The translations under genes were made by a program, and so were the position numbers. This document shows, in pieces, positions 1 to 8,491 of a stretch of DNA of 64,000 nucleotides. Numbering within the stretch: the first letter of the stretch is position 1; the number at the start of each line of letters is the position of its first letter. Where the stretch lies: contig DATJUZ010000028.1 in assembly GCA_035502035.1 (NCBI GenBank), positions 1,639 to 65,638 of the forward strand. The letters run 5' to 3'. Under the pieces are notes generated by a model, which did no database searches, was not told the origin of the DNA, and saw nothing but the letters and a program-made list of their open reading frames with translations. The DNA comes from Thermoplasmata archaeon. Its GTDB lineage: Archaea > Thermoplasmatota > Thermoplasmata > Lutacidiplasmatales > UBA184.

Positions 1-1096
1 TGGTAGCGGTACGTGCCGTTCTGCAGCAGGAACTGCAGGGTCGTCGTGTTCGAGGTCTGCGCCTCGTGGCGACTGTGGCCGAACGTGTGCGTCGCCGTGA
101 CCCCGACCGACCAGTGCGAGCCGTTCGCAAGGCCCGTCTCGTTGAACGTCACGACGTAGAACGCGCCCGGAGCGAGCGACTGGTACGTGACGTTGATCTG
201 CGAGCCGTTCGGGGCCAGCGTCACCGAACCGCTCACGGAGCCGACGATCGCGAACCCGAGGACCTCCGACAGCGCGTAGCGGTACGTCCCCGCCGGCAGC
301 GAGAAGTTGATCTCGTTCGAGGTCGTCGAGGAGACGTCGTGGACGCGGAGCGCACCGCCGCTCGCGACCCGCGCGCTCCAGTTGGCGCCCGCCGGCAGGC
401 CGGACTCGACGAACGACAGGGTGTAGGCAGGGGGAGTCTCGAAGCCGACGGCGATCGGTGGGATCGAAGCGCCGGCGATGACGAACTTGCCGTGCGACGG
501 ACCGGTGAAGAACGAGCCGGCAACCGGTTCGACCGTGTAGTGGTAGGTGCCGTTGAGCAGGGAGAAGTTCATCGAGGTCCCGTAGGAGGTTTCCGTCACC
601 CGCTGCAGGGCCGCCTCCTGTCCGTGCCCGTTGCCGTGGAGGCTCACGGTCCAGAGCGTGCCGTTCGGCAGTCCGGACTCGGTGAACTCGACCAGGAACG
701 GAATGACGGGGTAGAAGACGAACGTGATCGGAGCGACGGCGGCGCCGGAGACATTCAGAATCCCGGACGCCGAGACGTTCACGAAGTAGCCGTCCACGCG
801 CTGCACACGGAACTGATAGCTCCCGTTCGGGAGCGAGACGGTGATCGACGAGCTCGTCGACTTGACGGTCTTGTGGGGTCCGTTGCACGAGCAGCCGATG
901 TAGGCGTAGTGGACCCCCCAGTTCGTGCCGGCGGGAAGGCCAGTCTCGTTGAACGTCACGCTGTAGGTCGGGGCCGTAGCGGGGCGGACCGCCGCGGGCA
1001 CGGCGGATCCCCCGAGGCTCGCGCTCGCGATCGAAGAGACCAGCAGGCCGACCACGACCACCAGCGTCGCGCTCAAAATTACGGCGAACGGCTTCA
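1..1096 (-). CDS. Secreted/surface repeat protein, 3'-truncated by the left window edge; signal peptide plus at least 4 tandem ~90-aa FxExGLPxGxxW modules
   Basis: Absent from the ORF track because there is no stop in the window. The reverse complement from ATG 1096-1094 reads MKPFAVILSATLVVVVGLLVSSIASASLGG, followed by YSVTFNETGLPAGTNWGV, FLVEFTESGLPNGTLWTV, YTLSFVESGLPAGANWSA and YVVTFNETGLANGSHWSV, with NGSY/NGTY sequons. The frame stays open to position 1. This replaces shadow ORF 66..1133(+). Confidence 0.8.
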
Positions 1097-1226
1097 TCAC
1101 GCGACCGAACCGGCGGTCGTATTTACAGTCTAGAAGTCGAGACGCTATCCGACGCCCGAACGTCACATAACGAGCGCGCGAGCCGGGCCGCTGCGACCGC
1201 TCCGGGCGCCCGGGTAGGAGCCGGCC

Positions 1227-1778
1227 TCATCGGGCCGATGGTCTCCCCTCGAGGAACAGCGACATCAGGATCTCGTCGACCGGCGCCCCGGCGATGATCA
1301 CCTCGCTGCGCAGCCGCCCCTCCTCCTCGAACCCCAGCTTTCGGTAGAGGGCGATCGCGGCCGCGTTGGTCGAGAAGACGCCCAGCTTGAGCTTGGAGAT
1401 GCCCACCGACCGGGCCCACGCAATCCCCTCCTCCATCAACGCGCGGCCGAGACCGAGGTGTCGGTACTCGCTCCGCACCGCGACGCCCAGGCTCGCCGTG
1501 TGGGCGTTCTTGGCGGAAGAGCCTCGCGCCCAGTTCGCGCCGGCAACGACCGTCCCGTCGATCTCCGCGACCAGCCAGAGCTCGCTCGACGGGTTCGCGT
1601 CGCGGAACTGGACGCGGACCTGCTCGAGCGTCCGGTTCAGCCGGTCCAGCATCAGATAGATCCCCTCCGCCCCGATCGCGTTGGTGTTCCGGATCCAGGC
1701 CTCCGCATCCTCCGGCCGCGCCGGACGGATCGTCGCCGCGCGACCGTCCCGGAGGCGGACGCTCCTCGGAAGGGCCAC
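1227..1778 (-). CDS. GNAT family N-acetyltransferase
   Basis: 183 aa. Acetyl-CoA motif A is RHLGLGRALMEEGIAWAR, followed by ALYRKLGFEEEG, a typical GNAT core. Confidence 0.85.
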   Translation of the reverse strand: MALPRSVRLRDGRAATIRPARPEDAEAWIRNTNAIGAEGIYLMLDRLNRTLEQVRVQFRDANPSSELWLVAEIDGTVVAGANWARGSSAKNAHTASLGVAVRSEYRHLGLGRALMEEGIAWARSVGISKLKLGVFSTNAAAIALYRKLGFEEEGRLRSEVIIAGAPVDEILMSLFLEGRPSAR

Positions 1779-1907
1779 GGCGTCCCGGACCGCTGCCGGC
1801 CTTCAACGGTTGCGGTGTGGGCGGCTCTCGTTTCGGCCGCCCGCCCCGGCCGCGTGCGCGGGTCCCAGAGCCGATAGGGGTAAGCCCGAGGGGACCCTGA
1901 GGCGCTC

Positions 1908-2321
1908 GTGACCGCGCTCGCGCCGGGGACCGCCGTGCTGTTCGTCGCGAGCGACCCGGTGCTCGCCGAGCAACGGAGGAACGCGCCCGAGTCGATGTCC
2001 GCGGCCGGCCGCCTCTTCCTGCCGCCCCTCGTGGCGATCCACAGGATCCGCCGCCGTCCCGGCACCGACCCGACGGACGGGCTCGGCATCCCGGCCGCTC
2101 AGCTCCTCTGTGCCCAGCGGGCGATCGACACCGCGGCGAAGCTCCATCGGCAGCTGCGGATCGTCGACGTCAACGACCCGGGCGACGACGCCGACCTCGC
2201 CGGCCGGTTCGTCACCGCGGAGGACGTCCTGCCGGTCCTCGCCCGCGCGGACGGGCAGCGCCTGGTCGGAGAGGAGGCGTTCGCGCCGTCGACGCTGCGA
2301 GTCTTCTTCGAGCGGGCGTGA
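1908..2321 (+). CDS. Hypothetical protein, possibly a glutaredoxin/thioredoxin-fold remnant (single Cys)
   Basis: 137-aa ORF with non-shadow composition. LRIVDVNDPGDDADLAGRFVTAEDVLPVLARADGQRLVGEEAF resembles the C-terminal half of glutaredoxin-like proteins, but no CxxC is present. Confidence 0.35.
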   Translation: MTALAPGTAVLFVASDPVLAEQRRNAPESMSAAGRLFLPPLVAIHRIRRRPGTDPTDGLGIPAAQLLCAQRAIDTAAKLHRQLRIVDVNDPGDDADLAGRFVTAEDVLPVLARADGQRLVGEEAFAPSTLRVFFERA

Positions 2322-2344
2322 GCCGGTCTCGCGCGCGCACCGAA

Positions 2345-2388
2345 AATAGTTAAGTAGCTACATTATTAACGAACATAACCAATAACCC
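2345..2388 (+). promoter_or_regulatory. AT-rich promoter/operator upstream of the marR-MFS pair, containing the palindrome GTAGCTAC
   Basis: aatagttAAGTAGCTACattattaacgaacataaccaataaccc is the only AT-rich stretch for kilobases. The perfect 8-bp palindrome GTAGCTAC sits at 2354-2361 and TTATTAAC is TATA-like. The site lies 28-37 nt upstream of ATG 2389. Confidence 0.45.
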
Positions 2389-2880
2389 ATGCCGGCCCCT
2401 GCGTCCTCCGTTCTGGCGCGTCCCTCGATCGCCGACGAACCGGTCCTGGTCGAGGCGCTGTTCCATGCGACGCGCGCCTTTCGCCACCGGTTGCGTCCGG
2501 AGCTGGAGCGCGAGGGGCTCACCGCCCCGATGTTCTGGACGCTCCACCAGCTCGTCGTGGACGGCCCGAGGAACGTCGGCCAGATCGCGGAGGCGTGCGT
2601 CGTCACCCCGGCGAATGTGAGCTCCTCCGTCGAGCAGCTGAAGCGCTCCGGCCTGGTCGATCGGCAGCCGGGCCCGCGGGACCGGCGCGTGGTGGTCGTC
2701 TCGGCGACGGCCCGCGGCCGCGCGCTCCACCGGACCGTCTGGCGCCGTCTCGGACAGGTGCTCGTCCGCTCGCTCGTCGGCGTCCGCCCGGACGACCTCG
2801 AGGCGACCGCGCGGGTCCTCGGCCGCCTCGCCGCCTCCGGGGCGGAGGCGGTCGTCCTGGCGCCGGAGGCGGGCGCATGA
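2389..2880 (+). CDS. MarR family transcriptional regulator
   Basis: 163 aa. The winged HTH reads VGQIAEACVVTPANVSSSVEQLKRSGLVDRQPGPRDRRVVVVSATARG. The stop overlaps the next start (ATGA at 2877-2880). Confidence 0.9.
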   Translation: MPAPASSVLARPSIADEPVLVEALFHATRAFRHRLRPELEREGLTAPMFWTLHQLVVDGPRNVGQIAEACVVTPANVSSSVEQLKRSGLVDRQPGPRDRRVVVVSATARGRALHRTVWRRLGQVLVRSLVGVRPDDLEATARVLGRLAASGAEAVVLAPEAGA

Positions 2881-4526
2881 CCGGCAACGGACCGCTCCTC
2901 ACGGCGACCGGCCTCACGTACGACCCCGCCCGGGCCCGGGCGCTGCTCGCGATCTTCGCGGTGATGGCGCTCATGGTCACGTACGTCGAGACGATGGTGC
3001 TGCCGGCGTTCCGGCAGTTCCAGACGTTCTTCCAGCTGACCTCGAGCTCGGCCTACAGCACGATCGCCTGGATCCTCGCCGCCTACCTGCTCGTCGGGAC
3101 CGTCATCGTGCCGATCTTCGGCAAGCTCGGCGACCTGTTCGGCAAGAAGCGGATGCTCATGATCGCGATGGGCGTCTACGCGGTCGCGGTCACCCTCGCC
3201 GGGTTCACGCCGAACATCGGCGCGGCGTTCGGGGTCTCCCGCCCGAACCAGATCTACCTGCTGATCGGCGTCCGCGCCGTCCAGGGGATCGGGATGGGGA
3301 TGTTCCCGCTCTCGTTCGCGATGATCCCCGAGGCGTTCCCGGCGTCGCGGGTCGCCCAGGGCCAGGGGATCATCAGCGCGATGTTCGCCGCGGGGGCCGC
3401 ACTCGGCCTCGCCGGCGGGGGCTGGATCGCGCAGGACTACGGCTGGCAGCTGACCTACCACACCGTCGTCCCGGTCGCGATCGCCCTCGTCCTCCTCGCC
3501 GGCTGGAAGCTGACGGAGTCGCCCGTGCACGGCCGCCCGATCCTCGACCTGCCGGGCGTCGGCTCGCTCGGCTTCGGGCTCGCGACCCTGCTCGTCGGGA
3601 CGACCGAGGGCTCGACGTGGGGCTGGGGGAACTTCTCCGCGGTCCACTACGGGGCGCTCCCGTGGGGGGTCCCCGAGTTCTTCGTGCTCGCGCTCGTCGG
3701 CTTCGGGATCTTCGCCGTCTGGGAGCCCCGGGCCCCGAACCCCGTGATCCGGTTCGAGTCGATGCGTCCCCGCAACATCCTCGTCTCGAACATCAACGGC
3801 GTCTTGGTCGGGGCCCTGATGTTCTTCTCGTTCACGACGGTCGTCATCCTCGCGGAGCTCAGCATTCCGGGCAGCCCCGGCCTCGGCGTCAGCGAGTTCA
3901 CGTTCGGCCTGCTCGCGCTCCCGTCGGCCCTGTCGATGCTCGCGTTCGGCCCGTTCCTGGGCCGGGCCGTCTCGAGCCGGGGCCCGAAGCCGGTGACGCT
4001 CCTCGGCTTCGCGCTGATGGCGGTCGGCGGGGTGATGCTCCTCAGCCTCAACCGCACGACGTACGAGCTCGCGGCCGACATGGTGCCGATGATGGTCGGG
4101 AACGTGGCGGTGCTGATCTCGATGTCGAACATGATCGTGCTCAGCGTCGACCGGCGAGAGCTGGGCGTCCAGACCGGGATGAACCAGACGTTCCGGAACC
4201 TCGGGACCGCGATCGCCCCGGTCGCGACGACCGCCCTGCTGGGCTCGTTCCTCGCGACCTACACCGTGCTCTACGGCGGCGTGCCGGTGCCGGTCCGGGC
4301 CTACGACCTCGAGGGGTTCCGGGTCGTCTTCGCCGTCGTGATCGCGCTGTCGCTCGTCGGCTTCGTCGCGAGCCTCGCGCTGAGGAACTACCGGTTCACC
4401 GCGGACGGCACGCGCGAGGGCCATGCCGCCCCCACGGCCGCCCCGGCGCCGGCGTCCCCGCTCGCCCCGGTCGAGGCCGGCTCCCCCGGGGGCGCGACGC
4501 CGCGCACGACGACCGGCGCGCCCTAG
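2877..4526 (+). CDS. MFS transporter, DHA2/EmrB-like drug:H+ antiporter (multi-TMS)
   Basis: Real start is the internal ATG at 2877 of track ORF 2595..4526. MFS motif A is GKLGDLFGKKRMLMIAMG, and hydrophobic helices continue throughout. Translationally coupled to marR. Confidence 0.9.
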   Translation: MTGNGPLLTATGLTYDPARARALLAIFAVMALMVTYVETMVLPAFRQFQTFFQLTSSSAYSTIAWILAAYLLVGTVIVPIFGKLGDLFGKKRMLMIAMGVYAVAVTLAGFTPNIGAAFGVSRPNQIYLLIGVRAVQGIGMGMFPLSFAMIPEAFPASRVAQGQGIISAMFAAGAALGLAGGGWIAQDYGWQLTYHTVVPVAIALVLLAGWKLTESPVHGRPILDLPGVGSLGFGLATLLVGTTEGSTWGWGNFSAVHYGALPWGVPEFFVLALVGFGIFAVWEPRAPNPVIRFESMRPRNILVSNINGVLVGALMFFSFTTVVILAELSIPGSPGLGVSEFTFGLLALPSALSMLAFGPFLGRAVSSRGPKPVTLLGFALMAVGGVMLLSLNRTTYELAADMVPMMVGNVAVLISMSNMIVLSVDRRELGVQTGMNQTFRNLGTAIAPVATTALLGSFLATYTVLYGGVPVPVRAYDLEGFRVVFAVVIALSLVGFVASLALRNYRFTADGTREGHAAPTAAPAPASPLAPVEAGSPGGATPRTTTGAP

Positions 4527-5077
4527 ACGTCCTCGTACGGGCCGGCGGCGGGGACCGGACGCCCCGCGACCGACGGGTGGAGCGCTCCCCGGTGGACGCG
4601 GACCTCGCCCGAGACGGCCTGGACGATGTCCGCGCGGGTCAGGATCCCTGTCAGGCGGCCGCGCGTGTCGACGACCGGCAGGCGCTTGACCCCGTTCACC
4701 CGCATCCGGCGGGCCGCCTCGGCGAGGGGGGCGTCGCGGTCGACCGTCACGACACGTCGGCTCATCACGTCGCGGACCCGGGCGTTCTTGAGGTGGCTGC
4801 GGCAGACCTCCAGCAGGCTCTCGCCCCGGGGCGGGGCCGAGGCGAGGAGGAGATCGAGCAGCCCGCGGGGGCTCTCGATCCCCGTCGCCCGGTCGAGCCC
4901 TCGGACGATGTCGCTCTCGCTCACGATGCCGACGACGTGGTGCAGGGGATCGACGACCGGCAGTCCGGAGATGTGGTGCTCCCGCATGAGCCAGGCCGCC
5001 TCCTCGAGGCGGGTGTCGGGGGACGTCGTCAGGGCGTCCGCCGACATCACGTCGCTCACGCGCCTCCGGGTCTCCAT
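4523..5077 (-). CDS. CBS domain pair protein
   Basis: Two CBS repeats: HISGLPVVDPLHHVVGIVSESDIV and VKRLPVVDTRGRLTGILTRADIV. I prefer the start at METRRRV (5077); the track start at 5131 is also possible. Confidence 0.8.
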   Translation of the reverse strand: METRRRVSDVMSADALTTSPDTRLEEAAWLMREHHISGLPVVDPLHHVVGIVSESDIVRGLDRATGIESPRGLLDLLLASAPPRGESLLEVCRSHLKNARVRDVMSRRVVTVDRDAPLAEAARRMRVNGVKRLPVVDTRGRLTGILTRADIVQAVSGEVRVHRGALHPSVAGRPVPAAGPYEDV

Positions 5078-5161
5078 CGTCGCTCTCCCGGAGGTTCGAA
5101 GGCGTTCGACCCTTCTTAGACGCCCCGTCAAGCCGGCCTGAGCCGGCCCCGGCCGCCCCGT

Positions 5162-8100
5162 CTACGGCCCGCGGGCGGGAGGCCGGGCCGCCGTCGCCCG
5201 AGACGGGGGCCGGCGGGCCGACGCGGAGCGGCCGGTCGCGAGCGCCACTCCGGCGAGGAGCCCGGGGGCGACGAGCGGAACGAGCAGCGGAACGGTCCGG
5301 AGTGTCGCCGCGACCGGTACCGGACGGTAGCGGGCGGTGACCGTCAGCGGCGCGCCGCGGACGTGGATCGACGGGGAGGACCGGGGGACCCGGAATCCGG
5401 TCAGCGCGCCGAGATGGTAGTGGTAGGAGCCGTTCGCGAGGTCGAACGTCACGTTCTGCGAGCCGTTGGAGGCGTGCACGGCCGAGCCGATCGTCACCGA
5501 CCAGTTCGTCCCGTTCGGCAGGCTCGTCTCCGTGAACGTCACGAGGTACTTCGCCCGAACGAAGTGCAGGGCGATCGTCGCGCCGCTGCCGTTGAGCGCG
5601 TAGGTGCCGCTGCTGTTGACGGCGTGCCAGCCCCGGTTCGACTGCACGACGTAGCTGCCGGTGCCGTTCGCGACGCGAACCCGCAGCAGCGGCTTCGCGG
5701 TCCGGTGGCTCGCGCCGTCGACCGTCACCTTCCACCGGTGGCCGTGCGGGAGTCCGCTCTCGGTGAACTCGAGCAGGTAGGCGACCGGCGCGAACCGGAC
5801 CCCCTTCGTGACCGAGGAGCCGCCGACGCTCACGTTGCCGTGGGTCGTGACCGCGTAGCCGGCGACCGGGCTGACGGTGTACGGGTGGCGTCCCGGGTAG
5901 ACCGTCGGGAAGACGACGGTCGTCGTGTTGGAGCACGTCGTGACGCCGAGGCGTACGCACCAGGAGGTCGCGGCGAGCAGGCCGTGCTCGCGGAACGTCA
6001 CGACGTGGGCGACGAGGAGCTGGAAGGTGACGGTCACCGTCACGCCGCGGGCGGCGAGGGTCACCGGGGAGCCGAGCGACGCGCTCTCGGAGTAGTTCTG
6101 GGGGCCGTAGACGGAGAACGCGAAGCTGCCGAGCGGTTCGTCCTGCGTGAGGTGGGTCGCGGTCGTGCTCAGGTTCGCGCCCCCGATCACGACCCCCCAG
6201 GGGAGGCCGGGGCCGAGCCCGACCGCGTCGAACGTCACCGGGAACGCCGAGGGGCTCACGATCGTCACCTGGGCGAGCGCGAGGTCCGGCACGTCGAACC
6301 CCCCGTGCACCGGATCGTAGAGCGGCGAGCTCGGGCTCCCGGAGAGGTTGAGCGTCCCGACGACCCCGGCGATCCCGACGAGCTCGGCCGGTCCGCCGGG
6401 GCCGACCGCCAGCAACAGCCCGTTCGCCAGGTCGAAGCCGAGGCCGCTCGGCACGAGCGGGGCGAGCGGGATCGACCTCAGGACGCCGGCCGGCCCGACC
6501 AGGTCGAGTACCGTAGAACCCGTGAGCGCGACGGCGAGCGCGCCGAGGGGGGGGTCGAACGCGGCGACGGTGGGGACCGCGCTGAGGACGACCGTCCCGA
6601 GGGGCGTCGCGTTCCGGACAAGCGTCAGCTCCGACGCCCCGCCGTCCAGGACGTACGCCGTTCCGCCGCGCGGGTCGACGACGACCGCCGACGGGGCGAG
6701 GCCACCGGGGACGGTCGCCTCGAGCTGCCCGTCCCGCAGAACGCTCACGTTGGCGGAGCCGGCGTTCGGCACGTAGACGGTCCCGTACGCCGGGTCGTAG
6801 ACCGGGGCGCCGGGCCGGACACCGACCGCAACGGTGGACGTCACGTTCGTCCCGCGCAGGACATCCGCGCGGCCGGAGGCCCCTGAGACGACGTACATCG
6901 ACAGGTCCGTGGCGTCGTACGCCAGCGACGAGGGGCCCGGGTCGACCGCGACGGTGGCGACCACGCCGGTCGCGTTCAGCAGCGAGACGTTGGAGGAGCC
7001 GTTGTTGGCGACATAGACGAGCTGGTCGGCCGGGTCGAAGGCGACCGCGGACGGCGCGGAACCGACGGGGATCGTGCCGAGGACGACCCCGTTGTCGAGC
7101 ACGGCGACGGCGTCGATCGACGCCTCGGCGACGAACAGGAGGCCGTCCGCCGGGTCGACGGCCTCCGAAGCGGCCGGCGCGGCGAGGCCGGCCGTGTCGA
7201 GTACCTGGGGGGCGTTCAGCACGGTGACGTTGAGCGACAGCTGGTTCGCGACGTACAGCTCCCCGCTGGACGCGTTGACGGCGAACGCCGCCGGGCGCGT
7301 GCCGACGGCGAGGACACCGACGACCGTTCCGCCGTCCAGGACGCTCACGTTGCCCGAGCCGGAGTTGGCGACGTAGACGTAGCCGTTCGCAGGGTCGTAG
7401 GCCGCCGCGATCGGCGCGGCGCCGACGTCGGCCGAGCCGGCGACCCGGCTCCCGTTGAGTTCGGTGACGTTCCCGCTCAGGACGTTGAGCACGTCCATCG
7501 TGCCGTGGGCCGGGTCGTAGACGAGCGCGGCGGGAGCGTTCCCGACCGTCACGTTAGCGATGAGGGCGCTCCCGGAAAGGAGGCTGACCGTTCCGGAGGC
7601 GTCGTTCGCGACGTACACCTGCGAATCGAGCGGGTCGTAGGCCACGGCGGCCGGCTCGCTGCCGACCGGCACCGTCGCGAGGATCCCGGTCGGGGTCAGC
7701 ACGGTGACCGTGCCGGAACCGGCGTTCGCGACGTACACGGCGCCGTCGGCCGGGTCGAAGGCGAGGGCTTCGGGGTCGGTGCCGACGGCGAAGGACGACA
7801 GCACGGAGGCGTTGTTGAGCACGGCGACCGTTCCGGCGTTGGGCTCGGCGACAAAGACGACGTGCGCCGCCGGGTCGTCGGCGATCGCCCCCGGGGCGGA
7901 GCCGAGAGCGATCGTCCCGACCTTCGTCGTGCCGTGGAGGACTGTGACCGAGCTCGCGCGCGCGTTCGTGACGTAGACGTCGTCGCTGCCGGCGTCCAGG
8001 ACGATGTCCTGGGGGCCGTGGCCGACGGCGACGCTCCCGACGACCCGGTGACCGTCGACGATGCTCACGTTGTTCGACAGCGCATCGGCGACGTAGACGT

Positions 8101-8383
8101 AGCCGGTCGCAGGGTCGAACGTCAGGTTGGAGGGTCGCAGCCCGACCGGCACGACCGCGGCGGTCGCGCGGAGCGACGGCGGTCCGGTGACCGGTGGCGT
8201 GACGCCGCTCGACGCGACCCGGGGCCCGGCGGCCCCGATCCCCGCCGCCGGTCCCGGGGCCGGTGCCCGAGGCGCCGTCGCCGGGAGCCCGGTCGGAAGC
8301 AGGAGGAGGAGCCCGATCGCCGCCCCGACCACGACCGCGAGCCGGCCGGCACGTCCCGGGCCGGCGCGCCCCCCGCGCGCCAC
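5162..8383 (-). CDS. Large cell-surface protein: signal/TM N-terminus, many YVTN-type beta-propeller repeats, four FxExGLPxGxxW modules, C-terminal TM anchor
   Basis: 1073 aa. It carries about 40-aa repeats such as VYVANAGSGTVTVL, YVANDASGTVSLL, YVYVANSGSGNVSVLDG and LVYVANNGSSNVSLL. The C-terminal modules are YLLEFTESGLPHGHRWKV and YLVTFTETSLPNGTNWSV. The protein ends in VAPGLLAGVALATGRSASARR, a PGF-CTERM-like tripartite tail. The start is GTG. Confidence 0.85.
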   Translation of the reverse strand: MARGGRAGPGRAGRLAVVVGAAIGLLLLLPTGLPATAPRAPAPGPAAGIGAAGPRVASSGVTPPVTGPPSLRATAAVVPVGLRPSNLTFDPATGYVYVADALSNNVSIVDGHRVVGSVAVGHGPQDIVLDAGSDDVYVTNARASSVTVLHGTTKVGTIALGSAPGAIADDPAAHVVFVAEPNAGTVAVLNNASVLSSFAVGTDPEALAFDPADGAVYVANAGSGTVTVLTPTGILATVPVGSEPAAVAYDPLDSQVYVANDASGTVSLLSGSALIANVTVGNAPAALVYDPAHGTMDVLNVLSGNVTELNGSRVAGSADVGAAPIAAAYDPANGYVYVANSGSGNVSVLDGGTVVGVLAVGTRPAAFAVNASSGELYVANQLSLNVTVLNAPQVLDTAGLAAPAASEAVDPADGLLFVAEASIDAVAVLDNGVVLGTIPVGSAPSAVAFDPADQLVYVANNGSSNVSLLNATGVVATVAVDPGPSSLAYDATDLSMYVVSGASGRADVLRGTNVTSTVAVGVRPGAPVYDPAYGTVYVPNAGSANVSVLRDGQLEATVPGGLAPSAVVVDPRGGTAYVLDGGASELTLVRNATPLGTVVLSAVPTVAAFDPPLGALAVALTGSTVLDLVGPAGVLRSIPLAPLVPSGLGFDLANGLLLAVGPGGPAELVGIAGVVGTLNLSGSPSSPLYDPVHGGFDVPDLALAQVTIVSPSAFPVTFDAVGLGPGLPWGVVIGGANLSTTATHLTQDEPLGSFAFSVYGPQNYSESASLGSPVTLAARGVTVTVTFQLLVAHVVTFREHGLLAATSWCVRLGVTTCSNTTTVVFPTVYPGRHPYTVSPVAGYAVTTHGNVSVGGSSVTKGVRFAPVAYLLEFTESGLPHGHRWKVTVDGASHRTAKPLLRVRVANGTGSYVVQSNRGWHAVNSSGTYALNGSGATIALHFVRAKYLVTFTETSLPNGTNWSVTIGSAVHASNGSQNVTFDLANGSYHYHLGALTGFRVPRSSPSIHVRGAPLTVTARYRPVPVAATLRTVPLLVPLVAPGLLAGVALATGRSASARRPPSRATAARPPARGP

Positions 8384-8491
8384 GCCGGGCGATGCGGAGC
8401 ACTCGCCATAAGCCTCTCCGGGCCGCGGGGGCCGTCCGCCTCAAGCCGGCTCGAGGGCAGGGCTTTACACCCCCCTCCGCTCCGGGCCGCC

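Noticed and set aside
66-1133. 355-aa plus-strand ORF at the left edge.
   Set aside because: The opposite strand encodes a convincing signal-peptide protein with four repeated FxExGLPxGxxW modules. The plus-strand translation is R/D/E/G-rich shadow.
2358-5960. 1200-aa minus-strand ORF, and similar giants: 11669..14620(+), 29542..32781(-), 36314..39073(-), 44989..48189(-), 45972..48521(+), 10047..12938(-) upstream part, 59224..61005(-).
   Set aside because: Their translations are monotonous R/P/G/A/D/E strings with no motifs. They lie antisense or out of frame to genes with clear family signatures. Stop-codon scarcity at about 70% GC explains them.
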